A stretch of 50,180 nucleotides of DNA from a virus (lineage: Duplodnaviria > Caudoviricetes). The stretch lies in the IMG/VR virus record IMGVR_UViG_3300012899_000001, positions 1 to 50,180 of that record; one strand, written 5' to 3'. The notes beneath the pieces were generated by a model. That model worked only from the letters and a program-made list of their open reading frames with translations. It did not search any database and was not told the origin of the DNA. Both the position numbers and the translations under genes were made by a program. Position 1 is the first letter of the stretch. The number at the start of each line of letters is the position of its first letter. This document shows positions 27,573 to 36,801 of this stretch, piece after piece.

Positions 27573-28040
27573 ATGGCTGACTCTATCAACCACACTGACG
27601 ACATCATCGACGTGCGCGATGTGATTGCGCGCGTGGAAGAACTGCGCAATGAACGCGACACGCTCGATACCGCGCTCGAAGAAGCGGACGAAGCCCTCGA
27701 CGGCACGCTCGAACTCGCTGACGCGAAGCATGATGCTCAAACCGCGCTTGACGAGTGGAATCTGGACAACAGCGAAGAACTCGAAGAACTCGAAAGCCTG
27801 CTGGACGACCTGAAGGGCTACGGCGGGGATGAACAGTGGGAAGGCTCTTGGTATCCCGTGACCCTCATCCGCGAATCGCATTTCGAGGATTACGCGCAAC
27901 AGCTGGCCACTGATATTGGCGCGATCGATGAGAGCTCATCCTGGCCGAACAACTGCATCGACTGGGAGCGTGCTGCACGCGAGCTCAAGATGGATTACAG
28001 CGAAGTCGAGTTCAAGGGCGTCACCTTTTTCTACCGCTGA
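27573..28040 (+). CDS. highly acidic ArdA-like putative anti-restriction protein
   Basis: Very D/E-rich; FEDYAQQL...CIDWERAAREL resembles the ArdA C-terminal motif. Confidence 0.5.
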   Translation: MADSINHTDDIIDVRDVIARVEELRNERDTLDTALEEADEALDGTLELADAKHDAQTALDEWNLDNSEELEELESLLDDLKGYGGDEQWEGSWYPVTLIRESHFEDYAQQLATDIGAIDESSSWPNNCIDWERAARELKMDYSEVEFKGVTFFYR

Positions 28041-28112
28041 CGACTGCCAGCCCATGCCCCGCACGCGGGGGCATGCGCGGGCATTCCGACCCGATCACAA
28101 GGATCACACACC

Positions 28113-28505
28113 ATGCAACCCACTCAATCGCTGACCACCGAACAGCAGTTCTTTTTCGACAACGCGGGATGGTGCTATCGCGCCTCAGAAGAAACACCTG
28201 AACAGGGGCGCACGCGTGGCGCAATCATCCTCGCCGAAAACGAAGCCCTCTATCTCGAAGCTCACAAGGTGTCGACGGTGGTATGTGAGTGGCACGATGA
28301 TGAGAATTTCCACAACGAGAAATGCGATACCTGCGAGTGCGCAACCATCACGGTGCACGATGAGCGCAGCGGCAAACGTGTTGTTCTTTCTTCTGTGGGC
28401 TGCGTACTTGACGCCACCGACGAGTATCGTCGCGTGATCCGCGCCGAGCTGGTCTGCGAGTGCGTGGACGACCTGCGCGCCATCATTGACGGGTCTGGAG
28501 CCTGA
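28113..28505 (+). CDS. early hypothetical protein
   Basis: AAGGA RBS within repeated leader. Confidence 0.65.
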   Translation: MQPTQSLTTEQQFFFDNAGWCYRASEETPEQGRTRGAIILAENEALYLEAHKVSTVVCEWHDDENFHNEKCDTCECATITVHDERSGKRVVLSSVGCVLDATDEYRRVIRAELVCECVDDLRAIIDGSGA

Positions 28506-28509
28506 CACC

Positions 28510-28782
28510 ATGACCATGTACTACGAAGCGGGCCTGCCTGCATCGCTCATCCCGGTGACGTTCATCGGCTGGGCACCGACCCCCGCGCATGACCTGACCG
28601 GCCTGTATAACGCCGTGGTCCGCCTCAAGCGCACGCACGGCACCTACCGTGCCGGCGAAACCCTGCACGTGCCTGCACGCTCGGTTGTCGTCAAAGCCGG
28701 CGTGCGTGACGGTTTCATCCGCGTGCGCGAAGCGTCATTGCCCGCGCGCACGGACGCCAACACACTCAAGGCGAGGGTCTGA
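28510..28782 (+). CDS. early hypothetical protein
   Basis: GGAG RBS, 90 aa. Confidence 0.6.
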   Translation: MTMYYEAGLPASLIPVTFIGWAPTPAHDLTGLYNAVVRLKRTHGTYRAGETLHVPARSVVVKAGVRDGFIRVREASLPARTDANTLKARV

Positions 28783-28906
28783 CCATGCTGCAATTCTGGC
28801 CGACCCGAACCGATGGCGTGCACATTGTGCTCATTGAGCGCACCACGCCCGATCAACCCGCTACGGTGCGCCTTGTGGGCGTGCTGTGGATCTAGGAGAC
28901 TGCACC

Positions 28907-29104
28907 ATGCACTGCAAAGACTGCAAGTTCTGGAGCCCATCCGGCATCTGCGACCGCCTTGACCGGGACAACGACTGGGACAACGACAACCGTCCGGCCG
29001 ACGATGACGCGGTTTTGCTCGCCGATGCGAGCGACGATACAGGACTGTGCGCCGACCTGCGCACCGGCCCCTTGTTCGGCTGCCTCAAGTTCCAAAAGGC
29101 ATAG
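28907..29104 (+). CDS. small Cys-rich (CKDCKFW) early protein
   Basis: AGGAG RBS; CxxC...C...FGC. Confidence 0.6.
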   Translation: MHCKDCKFWSPSGICDRLDRDNDWDNDNRPADDDAVLLADASDDTGLCADLRTGPLFGCLKFQKA

Positions 29105-29106
29105 CC

Positions 29107-29487
29107 ATGCAAAAACCCCGCAAACCCAATCGTGGCTCCGAACGCAAGTCCTGGGCGCCGAACCACTACATCACCGATGAGGGGACACGGTTCCCTGTCA
29201 GCGCATTGAACGACGCCGCCAGCAAGACCGGCGTAGCCCGTACCACTCTCGCACTTCTCAAGGCGGGTGCCAAGGTCCCTCGCGCCTACTTGGTGAGCCT
29301 GACCATGCCGCAACGCCCCATCGACCGCACGCCGTGGCGTCCGGGCTGCTACATCAGCAGCACCGGCAAGGCCACCCCCATCACGCAATCCGCGAGCGCC
29401 CTGTACCCCATCACGCGTCTGCTGGCCAGGACCCTCATGCGCGTGATGCACCCTCAGTACCAACCCCCGATTCAACACCGGCCATAG
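29107..29487 (+). CDS. basic hypothetical protein
   Basis: 126-aa ORF in operon. Confidence 0.5.
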   Translation: MQKPRKPNRGSERKSWAPNHYITDEGTRFPVSALNDAASKTGVARTTLALLKAGAKVPRAYLVSLTMPQRPIDRTPWRPGCYISSTGKATPITQSASALYPITRLLARTLMRVMHPQYQPPIQHRP

Positions 29488-29498
29488 GACCCGTCAAA

Positions 29499-29750
29499 AT
29501 GAACCAACCCACTCCGCACACCGTCTCTACGCGCCTGTCCGCCCGCATCAGGGTGATGCGCATCCACGGTCGCACCACCGACCCCGCGCTGATGGAGCAA
29601 GCCCTCATCGCAATCCACGAACTGCAAGCTGCGCTGCGCGAGACGGTCACCGATCTTGAGTCCTGGACCAATAGCGAGTACAGCGGGACCGACGAACTGG
29701 TGCCGCGCTTGGTCAAGCTGCAGACCTACCATCGCCTGTTCGAGGAGTGA
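29499..29750 (+). CDS. hypothetical protein
   Basis: AGGA RBS, 83 aa. Confidence 0.5.
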   Translation: MNQPTPHTVSTRLSARIRVMRIHGRTTDPALMEQALIAIHELQAALRETVTDLESWTNSEYSGTDELVPRLVKLQTYHRLFEE

Positions 29751-29753
29751 ACC

Positions 29754-29948
29754 ATGCAATTCACCGGACACAACCTCCAAACCGTCCGCGACGCCTTGGC
29801 CGGCGCCATCGCGCACGCCAACCACGAGATCGGCCTGCACCCTGAGCCCTTGGCCTACCCCGAGGACATCGAGGCCCTCGAACAGGAAATCGCCCGATAC
29901 GACCGCCTGCTGGCTCGCGTCGACTGGGTGATTCAACAGGAACCATAA
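29754..29948 (+). CDS. hypothetical protein
   Basis: GAGGAG RBS, 64 aa. Confidence 0.6.
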   Translation: MQFTGHNLQTVRDALAGAIAHANHEIGLHPEPLAYPEDIEALEQEIARYDRLLARVDWVIQQEP

Positions 29949-29999
29949 GACTCGTAATTATTTACCGATTCCTTGTGATGCCCCTCCCGGGGCGCCTTC

Positions 30000-30034
30000 A
30001 GAGGCACTGTCCTACAAGACAGTGCCTCTTTTTT
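30000..30034 (+). terminator. rho-independent terminator of early operon
   Basis: AGAGGCACTGTC-CTACAA-GACAGTGCCTCT followed by T-run. Confidence 0.85.
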
Positions 30035-30039
30035 GTGCA

Positions 30040-30275
30040 GTGTAGCCTCTGTCGCCCCATGTTTCCCCTGTTTTCCTATAAAGGCGCCACGCACGCACAC
30101 ACGCTCGCGCCCCTCGCGCGCCGACGCGCAGCGCGTGCACGCTATTCAAACAACAAATTGATAAAGAGAGAGTATAGGAACTAGGGGCAACAGGGGCTAC
30201 ACGACGCTAAGTTGTTGATCTGAGCCAACTTTCTCGTGTAGCCCCTGTCCAACTCACAGGAGCTACAGGGGCTAC
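30040..30275. repeat. iteron-like ACAGGGGCTAC repeats around an A-rich tract; putative replication origin
   Basis: Copies at 30040 (inverted), 30190, 30236 (inverted), 30256, 30265; next to primase 3' end. Confidence 0.6.
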
Positions 30276-32689
30276 TGCCTTCTCGCCCACCTTTTCAGGA
30301 CGGTCTTACCGACTCGCGTGTCCTTTTTCTCGTACCCCAAGCTGCGCAGCACCGCCCCGCACCGCGTCTGCGCCTTCATGTCCACCTCCTTCACGGACAT
30401 GCCCAGCGCCCCGCACAGGACATCCAGAACCGCGAAAGGTGATTCGCCCCGCCCCGCCCCAGCGGAAGCGGCACCTGAGTCATCCAGCGCGTCATTTCCG
30501 TCCAGCCACGCCTGGATCGGCGCCTCCCACTCGTCTGTGCGCCTGTAGCCCTCGTGCTCGGCCTTGGCAAGCTCCTCGGCGTCCCTCCACGCCACCCCAC
30601 CGCCCCACCCCGGCACCAGGCCGTCGAAGAGAGCGGCGCCTTCCGCCCACAGTTGCTCCCGGGCCGCGTCGATGCCCTCCACGTCCGCCCGTGTCACGTG
30701 CACCGGCAGCCACCGCCTGTTACCTGTCTCATCCACCAGGAGGTCGGTGCGGTTGGTCGTGCCGAACAGCACGCAGCGCCGCGGGAACACCGTGCTGAAT
30801 TCCTTGAACTTGGGCACCCACTTCTCGTAGCGCCGGCTGATCCAGGCCTTGATCGACTCCTGGTCCTTCGTCTGCAGCCCGCGCAGCTCGCTGATCTCCC
30901 CCACGAGCGACCCGCGCAGCAAGCGCGCCAGCGTGTCGTCGTCCTTGCTCAGGTCGATCTCGGTGAAGAACATGCGGTCGGGGACCATGGCCGCGAGCGC
31001 GCTGGTCTTGCGCAGGCCCTGGTCACCTTCCAGGATCGGGGCCATGTCCGCCTGGCAGCCAGGCGAGATCACCCGCCCGGCCATCGCGGTCCAGATGTAG
31101 CGCGACACCGCCCGGGTATACGGCGTGTCGGTGCAACCGAAGAAATCGCGCAGGAACGTGTCCACGCGCCGCACGCCATCCCAGCACGTGGACACGCCAT
31201 CCAGCCACAACCGGGCGCTGTCGAACTGGTTCTCGTCGGCCACCAGCACCATCGCGTCGCGGGCCAGCTCCTTCGGGGCCGACTTGAACCTCTTCTGCTC
31301 GAGCTTGATCCGCAGCCGCACGATGTCGGCGTCGGTGATGTTGCGCCACTGGTTCTGTGCCCCGGCGGGCGCCACCATGATCTCGTCGCGGAACGTGTCG
31401 TGCGCGACCTGCATCCCCACCTCCCACTCGTCGCGGATCGCCTTGACGGCGTTCTCGACACTCGCGATGACGACGCCGGTCTTCTTCTCGCGGCTGTACG
31501 TGGGCTGCTCCCAGCTGTCGGGGCGGCTCGCCACCACCCTGGCCGCAGGCGCTGCCAGATCGCGGCTTGGCAGGGCTGCCTGACCTGCACCTCCTGCCGT
31601 TTTGTGCTGCTCCTGCACCTCCAGCCGCACCGCAGCCGCTCCCTCAGGCTCGAAGCCATCGTCGTCGGGCTCGGCATGCGTCGCCGGGTTCACCCAGCCG
31701 GCCTGGGCAGCGGCCTTGAACAGGGTGGCCGCGGTGATGCCGCCGGCGCGGTGCTGGTCGGCGTACGACCACACCTTCGCCTCGGCGTAGCCCGGCACGT
31801 GCTTGGCGCTGCGCGAGCTCCACGCCTCCACCCGGTCCAGGCCCTCCTGGCTGCCGCCCGTGGCCCAGTGCACGGCGTAGATGAGGTCGCGCCAGCGGTC
31901 GTACTCGAGGCCGTCACCGGTGTTGTCGACGGCGTCGAGCGCGGCCCACAGCACCGGCAGCTCGGCCTCGGGCAGGCCGGGCTCGCGCGCGGCGCGGTCG
32001 ACGACGGGTCGCTCGGCCACCGGCACAGCCGGTGAGCTGGCCCAGCACCGCGCCACGCGATCGGCGCTTACGCCCACCAGCATCGCCGACAGGTCGTCGA
32101 GTACCAGCAGCTCGGACTTGGCGGCCAGGGGGAGGACGAACATGCTGCCGTATGCCGGCTTGAGCTCGCCCTTGCGCATCACTTCGTGCGGGACGTGGTC
32201 CTGCTTCGGGAACACCTCGACGGCGCGGTCCTGCACGCCGCCCGTGCCGTCGCGCAAGCCGCAGTCCAACAGCACGCGCTTGAGGAACTGGCGCACGCTG
32301 TACGCGTCCTGGGGCTCGTCCCACAGCAGGTACAGGTGCACGCCGTTGCCGCCGGAGCTGCGGAACAGGATCGGCTCCATGCCCCAGGCGAGCACCAGCT
32401 GGTCGACGACGGCGCCCACCACCAGCGACATGGCCGGCCAGGTGACGTCGCCCTTGTGGCTGTCGAAGTCGAGCAACCCGACCAGCGTGACGGACTCCCC
32501 CGCCTTGATCGGGCACACGCCGCGCGCCGGGCCGCCATTGAGGTGCTGGGCCAGGCGATCGCGCGTCAACGGCTGCGTGGTCCACGCGGCCGGCTGGCCG
32601 GGACGGCGCACCGCGGTGGCGTCGGTGCGCACGCGATCGACGAGAGGCTGCAGCGCGTCGATGAGAGGGTTGGTGGTGTCGTGGGTCAT
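30272..32689 (-). CDS. primase-helicase (AEP-like primase + PriCT-2 + VapE/VirE P-loop domain)
   Basis: LLDFDSH, SSGGNGVHLY, YDRWRDL...WSSRSAKH, GDQGLRKTS, FGTTN, DETGNRRW motifs. Confidence 0.85.
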   Translation of the reverse strand: MTHDTTNPLIDALQPLVDRVRTDATAVRRPGQPAAWTTQPLTRDRLAQHLNGGPARGVCPIKAGESVTLVGLLDFDSHKGDVTWPAMSLVVGAVVDQLVLAWGMEPILFRSSGGNGVHLYLLWDEPQDAYSVRQFLKRVLLDCGLRDGTGGVQDRAVEVFPKQDHVPHEVMRKGELKPAYGSMFVLPLAAKSELLVLDDLSAMLVGVSADRVARCWASSPAVPVAERPVVDRAAREPGLPEAELPVLWAALDAVDNTGDGLEYDRWRDLIYAVHWATGGSQEGLDRVEAWSSRSAKHVPGYAEAKVWSYADQHRAGGITAATLFKAAAQAGWVNPATHAEPDDDGFEPEGAAAVRLEVQEQHKTAGGAGQAALPSRDLAAPAARVVASRPDSWEQPTYSREKKTGVVIASVENAVKAIRDEWEVGMQVAHDTFRDEIMVAPAGAQNQWRNITDADIVRLRIKLEQKRFKSAPKELARDAMVLVADENQFDSARLWLDGVSTCWDGVRRVDTFLRDFFGCTDTPYTRAVSRYIWTAMAGRVISPGCQADMAPILEGDQGLRKTSALAAMVPDRMFFTEIDLSKDDDTLARLLRGSLVGEISELRGLQTKDQESIKAWISRRYEKWVPKFKEFSTVFPRRCVLFGTTNRTDLLVDETGNRRWLPVHVTRADVEGIDAAREQLWAEGAALFDGLVPGWGGGVAWRDAEELAKAEHEGYRRTDEWEAPIQAWLDGNDALDDSGAASAGAGRGESPFAVLDVLCGALGMSVKEVDMKAQTRCGAVLRSLGYEKKDTRVGKTVLKRWARRQ

Positions 32690-33825
32690 GGCAGGCACTC
32701 CATCACGACGCTGATCCACTCGACGGCTTGCGGCGCGACGATCGCGTTGCCGTAGGCGCGCAGTCGTCCCACTCGGCTGGTAGCCCCATGAGCCAGCGGC
32801 TGTGTGCCGGGTTCAACTGGCCGCCACTTGCCGTCCCGGAGGAAGATCCAATCCGCATCTCGCCAGAAGCCGTCAGTCGGGCGGGCCCCCGCCATCCGCT
32901 GCTGATCACGTCGCCCATCGACCAGTTCGCGAGTTGCGCCTGATGCGCCAACATCGTCGGCGCGCTGTTGCCCGTCTTGGCGATAGACCTCGCCACGTAG
33001 GCTTCCCCCGACCCGCCCGGCTCGCTCGCCGTCGGCGTGCCCCAGCCCGCCAGCATCGCCACCTCGTTCAGCGGTCTCGAGTTCTTGCCGTGCAAGTTGG
33101 AGTCGCCCGACTTCCAGTCGCGCGCCGCCGCCGTTGGCCAGCTCGCGAGCACCGCTGCGTGGTTGAGCGTGATGTTCGATGTCGCGAAGTCCTCCGACGG
33201 GTGCCGCAGCGAGTCGCTGACCGCGGTCGTGGGCCAGCTCGCGAGCACCGCAGCTCCAGCCAGATTCGGATTGCCGCGCAGGTACCGCTTCGGCGTCGAC
33301 TCTCGTGCGTTGGCCATCGGCGAGGGCCACGAAGTACAGGCGGTCTCGGATGTGCGGAGCACCGACGCTCGCAGCCGGAAACGGGATCGCCCCGAAGGCG
33401 TAACCCATGCCTTCCAGGTCATCTTGAACAAGGTCGAGCCAAGGCATTGCGTCCTTGCTCGCAACCTGCTCTCCAAGGACGACTGGAGGGTGGCACTGGT
33501 CGATGAGGTGGTACCAGAAGGGCCACAGATGCCGCTCGTCAGCAAGCCCGCGGCCTTGACCTGCATCGGAGAAAGGCTGGCAAGGACACGATCCAGTCCA
33601 AACGCGTCTCTCATCACGCCAACCAGCTCGTCGGAGGGCGTGCGACCACACACCAAGGCCGGCAAAGAAATGGCACTGAGTGAAGCCTTGAAGGTCGTAT
33701 GGTCGAACGTCTGCGATGCTGCGTTCATCAACGTATCCCGGTGCGATGTGGCCGGCGGCCACGAGGTTGCGCAGCCACTGGGCCGCGTAGGAGTCGAGCT
33801 CGTTGTAGTAGGCCCAGTGCGTCAC
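32686..33825 (-). CDS. DNA cytosine-5 methyltransferase (alpha polypeptide)
   Basis: FFAGLG (I), GSCPCQPFS (IV), GEQV (VI), [10 protein letters not shown] (VIII), YGNAI (X); motif IX not seen in this frame. Confidence 0.85.
   Translation of the reverse strand: MTHWAYYNELDSYAAQWLRNLVAAGHIAPGYVDERSIADVRPYDLQGFTQCHFFAGLGVWSHALRRAGWRDERRVWTGSCPCQPFSDAGQGRGLADERHLWPFWYHLIDQCHPPVVLGEQVASKDAMPWLDLVQDDLEGMGYAFGAIPFPAASVGAPHIRDRLYFVALADGQRTRVDAEAVPARQSESGWSCGARELAHDRGQRLAAAPVGGLRDIEHHAQPRSGARELANGGGARLEVGRLQLARQELETAERGGDAGGLGHADGERAGRVGGSLRGEVYRQDGQQRADDVGASGATRELVDGRRDQQRMAGARPTDGFWRDADWIFLRDGKWRPVEPGTQPLAHGATSRVGRLRAYGNAIVAPQAVEWISVVMECLP
32703..33731 (-). CDS. nested alternative-frame ORF, putative C5-MTase beta polypeptide
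   Basis: 342 codons open inside the MTase; WPT-type repeats and motif IX-like [13 protein letters not shown]; true start uncertain. Confidence 0.65.
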   Translation of the reverse strand: MMNAASQTFDHTTFKASLSAISLPALVCGRTPSDELVGVMRDAFGLDRVLASLSPMQVKAAGLLTSGICGPSGTTSSTSATLQSSLESRLRARTQCLGSTLFKMTWKAWVTPSGRSRFRLRASVLRTSETACTSWPSPMANARESTPKRYLRGNPNLAGAAVLASWPTTAVSDSLRHPSEDFATSNITLNHAAVLASWPTAAARDWKSGDSNLHGKNSRPLNEVAMLAGWGTPTASEPGGSGEAYVARSIAKTGNSAPTMLAHQAQLANWSMGDVISSGWRGPARLTASGEMRIGSSSGTASGGQLNPAHSRWLMGLPAEWDDCAPTATRSSRRKPSSGSAS

Positions 33826-34190
33826 GTGCCGTCACCCCGCGCAAGCGCCGTGTCGATGCCGCCCATGTCGTCCATCCCGGCCATCTGCTCGCGCCACGCC
33901 ATGACGCAGTGCGGCTCGTAGACCTCGGGGTTGTTGACTTCCATGGTGACGCCTTCGGTGTTCGCTGTCCTGACGAACTGGTCATGCAGCGCGTCAGCGA
34001 TGCGCGCCTTGGCAGCCACCACCGCCCGCTGTCTCTTGACCGCAGCCATGGCGTACACGCTGTCGATCTCGCGTTGCTGCTTGAGCGTCAGGTGCCAGCG
34101 TCGCTGCAGGTCAGCCTGGGCACGCTGGTTGCTGCGCGCGGCCCGGTCGGCGGCCTTCGCCTCGCGGCGTGCTTTGGATTTGCCACTCAC
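33822..34190 (-). CDS. hypothetical protein
   Basis: GGAGG RBS, 4-nt overlaps with both neighbours. Confidence 0.55.
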   Translation of the reverse strand: MSGKSKARREAKAADRAARSNQRAQADLQRRWHLTLKQQREIDSVYAMAAVKRQRAVVAAKARIADALHDQFVRTANTEGVTMEVNNPEVYEPHCVMAWREQMAGMDDMGGIDTALARGDGT

Positions 34191-34411
34191 AGGTCACCTC
34201 CCTCGATCGCGCAGGCGATGAACAGCAGGAACATGCGGCGCTGCATCGGCCGCAGTTGGCCCCACTGCTCGTGCAAGTCCTTCGCGCGGAAGACCGCGTC
34301 TTGGATGTGCGTCTGCAGGTGCCAGAAGTGGACGGGCGGAGCGACTCTCCAGGTGGCGAGCACGCGTAGCTCGTACGCCAAGTTCCCGTTGGTGAAGGAC
34401 TCGAGGCTCAT
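34187..34411 (-). CDS. hypothetical protein
   Basis: AAGGAG RBS, coupled. Confidence 0.55.
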   Translation of the reverse strand: MSLESFTNGNLAYELRVLATWRVAPPVHFWHLQTHIQDAVFRAKDLHEQWGQLRPMQRRMFLLFIACAIEGGDL

Positions 34412-34581
34412 GACCTGATCTCCTTGCGAGGAGCGCTGCGCGGGCGGAACACCACGCCGCGGCGCTTGAGGATGTGGTACATCGCCTGGCGGCTCACGCC
34501 GTGAGACTTGGCTACCTGCTCAATGCTGTAGCCCCTGCGGTACTGAGTGACCGCTGACTTGTAGTCTCGTTTGAGAGCCAT
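34408..34581 (-). CDS. small HTH DNA-binding protein
   Basis: YRRGYSIEQVAKSHGVSRQAMYHILKRRG. Confidence 0.7.
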   Translation of the reverse strand: MALKRDYKSAVTQYRRGYSIEQVAKSHGVSRQAMYHILKRRGVVFRPRSAPRKEIRS

Positions 34582-34642
34582 GGCCTGGATGTTGGTTGGC
34601 GGGGTGCCAACTATAGGCCGAATCGGGTGTTCAGTGTAGCGT

Positions 34643-34912
34643 TTACACGCCCTCAACGTACTCGAACCCGTCAGCGTTGGGGCGCCCGCCGACGGAGATG
34701 CCCGGCGGCCGGTGCGTGAGGTGCCAGCCCTTGCAGTGCTTGCACTTGTAGGTGTAGAGCTGGACCTCGGCATGCGCGCAGCGCTTCTCGATCGAGCGCT
34801 TGGCCTGGCGCTCGCTCTCGTGTCGCATCTTCCCGATGCAGCCCTTCATCTCGCTGTACGACGCCAGCGTGCCGTTGCCGACGCGCTGCTTGGAGGTGAC
34901 GCGGCTGCTCAT
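34643..34912 (-). CDS. Zn-ribbon hypothetical protein
   Basis: GCIGK...YKCKHCKGWHLT. Confidence 0.65.
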   Translation of the reverse strand: MSSRVTSKQRVGNGTLASYSEMKGCIGKMRHESERQAKRSIEKRCAHAEVQLYTYKCKHCKGWHLTHRPPGISVGGRPNADGFEYVEGV

Positions 34913-35148
34913 CGCGTCGACGGATCTTGCGCAAGCCCGCGCCACGGGAGGCGCATGCCGCTTACGTCGCTACGGCGCGCAGCACGCTTCGGTGTGACAT
35001 CAGCGAACAGCCAGTTGTACCCGGTCCACTCGGAAAACATCACCGTCCCACCCCAATATCGGCGCTCGTACACACCAGGCCGAAGCGGTTTGGTCGTCCG
35101 GTTGAACCACGTGGTGCGCTTCAGTTTCGCGAGTTCAGATTGCTTCAT
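34909..35148 (-). CDS. hypothetical protein (P.R.GVYERR...WRGLA family)
   Basis: Paralogous to 40625-40993. Confidence 0.65.
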   Translation of the reverse strand: MKQSELAKLKRTTWFNRTTKPLRPGVYERRYWGGTVMFSEWTGYNWLFADVTPKRAARRSDVSGMRLPWRGLAQDPSTR

Positions 35149-35588
35149 GACATGATCTCCGAGTCGTTCTTGCCGCGCGTCTTGATCTGCGCGACACCGT
35201 TGGTAGGCACGTCCGCCGGCCGCCAGATGTGGCCGCAGTGGTGGCACAGGTGCGAGCGGTGGGGTGGGTTGGTCCAACTCGCTTCGTAGTCGGCCAACGC
35301 GTCGATGAACGGTTGGGCCTCCTCGTGCGACATGCCTTCTGTCGGGTGTGGTGGAGCGTCAGCGTCCCCCGCAAGCCGAGGCGCGTCGATGTGCTGCTGA
35401 CCGCAGGCCGGGCAGTGCAGCACCATGTCGATCGGCTTCGCCACCTGCTGGACGGCCCACTCGGCCACGCCCTGCATGTAGGGGAAGTTCTGCGCCATGT
35501 CATCGGGTGTGGCGATGGGCCAGCACACCAACCAGTTGTTGAGTTCCTCCACTGCGCCCAGCAGCGTTTCGGGATGGTTATCGCTCAT
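35145..35588 (-). CDS. hypothetical Zn-binding protein
   Basis: PIDMVLHCPACGQQHID...WTNPPHRSHLCHHCGHIW. Confidence 0.65.
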   Translation of the reverse strand: MSDNHPETLLGAVEELNNWLVCWPIATPDDMAQNFPYMQGVAEWAVQQVAKPIDMVLHCPACGQQHIDAPRLAGDADAPPHPTEGMSHEEAQPFIDALADYEASWTNPPHRSHLCHHCGHIWRPADVPTNGVAQIKTRGKNDSEIMS

Positions 35589-35596
35589 GGGTGTCC

Positions 35597-35779
35597 TTAG
35601 ATGGGGATGTAGATGTCGTTCTGCTTGCAGTCGTTGCAACCGATGGTGATGTGACCTGGCGAATAGCCGGTTTCACCTCCGTAGTCGACACCTTCCTCTA
35701 CGTCTACTACGACGTTCTCGCTTCCGCACTTCTTGCAGACGAGTTTGAATGCCGCTTGGATTTCTTCGGCCTTGTTCAT
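35597..35779 (-). CDS. small Zn-ribbon protein
   Basis: CKKC...CNDC. Confidence 0.55.
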   Translation of the reverse strand: MNKAEEIQAAFKLVCKKCGSENVVVDVEEGVDYGGETGYSPGHITIGCNDCKQNDIYIPI

Positions 35780-35988
35780 GGATACCACCTGTAGATCATG
35801 TCGTTGCCGATGAGCTCATCCTCGGGCTCGATCTCGAGGCGGCCGGAACTCACGCCGCGCACGAACAGGATGCCCTCGGCCGGGATGCCGGCCTCGCGCA
35901 GCTGCTCCAGCGTGTGGATGCCCAGCAGCACGTCGTTCTCGTTGAACCGCGTCCGGTAGAGGTCGCGGTCGATGCGCACTTCGATCAT
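35776..35988 (-). CDS. hypothetical protein
   Basis: Coupled overlaps, 70 aa. Confidence 0.55.
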   Translation of the reverse strand: MIEVRIDRDLYRTRFNENDVLLGIHTLEQLREAGIPAEGILFVRGVSSGRLEIEPEDELIGNDMIYRWYP

Positions 35989-36266
35989 GCGGCACCGCCT
36001 TTCTGGAAGAGCAGCGCGTCGAAGCGCTTCTTCCACTGATCGATCTCGTCGGACATCGACTTCATCACGCCGGCGTTGCCTTCGAGCTGCAGCTTGAGGT
36101 CGGCGACCTCCTGCGGGTCAGCCTTCACATCCGGCAGCTTGACCAGGATCGAGTAGCCGAAGTCCGCGAGATTGTCCGCGGCCTGGAGCACGACCAGTGC
36201 GTGTCGTGAACCGTCGGCGGCCTCACCTGTGACTTCAATCTTGCTTGCGAAGCTCGTGAGTTTCAT
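35985..36266 (-). CDS. hypothetical protein
   Basis: AAGGAA RBS, 93 aa. Confidence 0.6.
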   Translation of the reverse strand: MKLTSFASKIEVTGEAADGSRHALVVLQAADNLADFGYSILVKLPDVKADPQEVADLKLQLEGNAGVMKSMSDEIDQWKKRFDALLFQKGGAA

Positions 36267-36329
36267 TGCGTGATTCCTTTCAGTTTGGTGGTGCCAGAAG
36301 TCAACACAGGTTGACCCAATACGCCGCGC

Positions 36330-36614
36330 TCATACCGACCACACCGCGCAGCGGTTGCTCTCGTTCTCGGCGTACCACGGATGCGCCCGCGCGAGACGGT
36401 ACGCGCCATGCCGATCTGGCATCGCATTGAGCCGCTCGACGAGCCGCTGGCATTCTTCGATCGGCTGGCGAGGCACTAGGTTCTCGCGAGTCCGCGCACT
36501 GCGCTGGCCGGCGAACACGTAGCGGTCTTGCCACGCCTCGTACACGAACCGCGGCGGCCATTCAGCGGAGGTGTCCTGCGCATCGTCGCGGCCGTCGTCA
36601 CTCAGGGCGCCCAT
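36330..36614 (-). CDS. hypothetical protein
   Basis: GAGGAG RBS, 94 aa. Confidence 0.5.
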   Translation of the reverse strand: MGALSDDGRDDAQDTSAEWPPRFVYEAWQDRYVFAGQRSARTRENLVPRQPIEECQRLVERLNAMPDRHGAYRLARAHPWYAENESNRCAVWSV

Positions 36615-36801
36615 GCGGGGTCTCCTCGAAGTACTTCAGCTCGTCGTCGAGCACCTCGCACCAGACGATGCCCGGCGCATCGACTTTCTCGAACTGGTGC
36701 CAGAAGCCGTTGCCGCTCCAGTTCTTGCCGAGGTACACCAACCGCTCGGGCTGGTTCTTCCAGTTGTAGCGACCGCCCTTCATCAGCTTCGGTGTGTTCA
36801 C
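36598..36801 (-). CDS. hypothetical protein (GGRYNWKNQPERLVYLG type)
   Basis: AAGGAG RBS, GTG start, aromatic-rich 67 aa. Confidence 0.6.
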   Translation of the reverse strand: MNTPKLMKGGRYNWKNQPERLVYLGKNWSGNGFWHQFEKVDAPGIVWCEVLDDELKYFEETPHGRPE

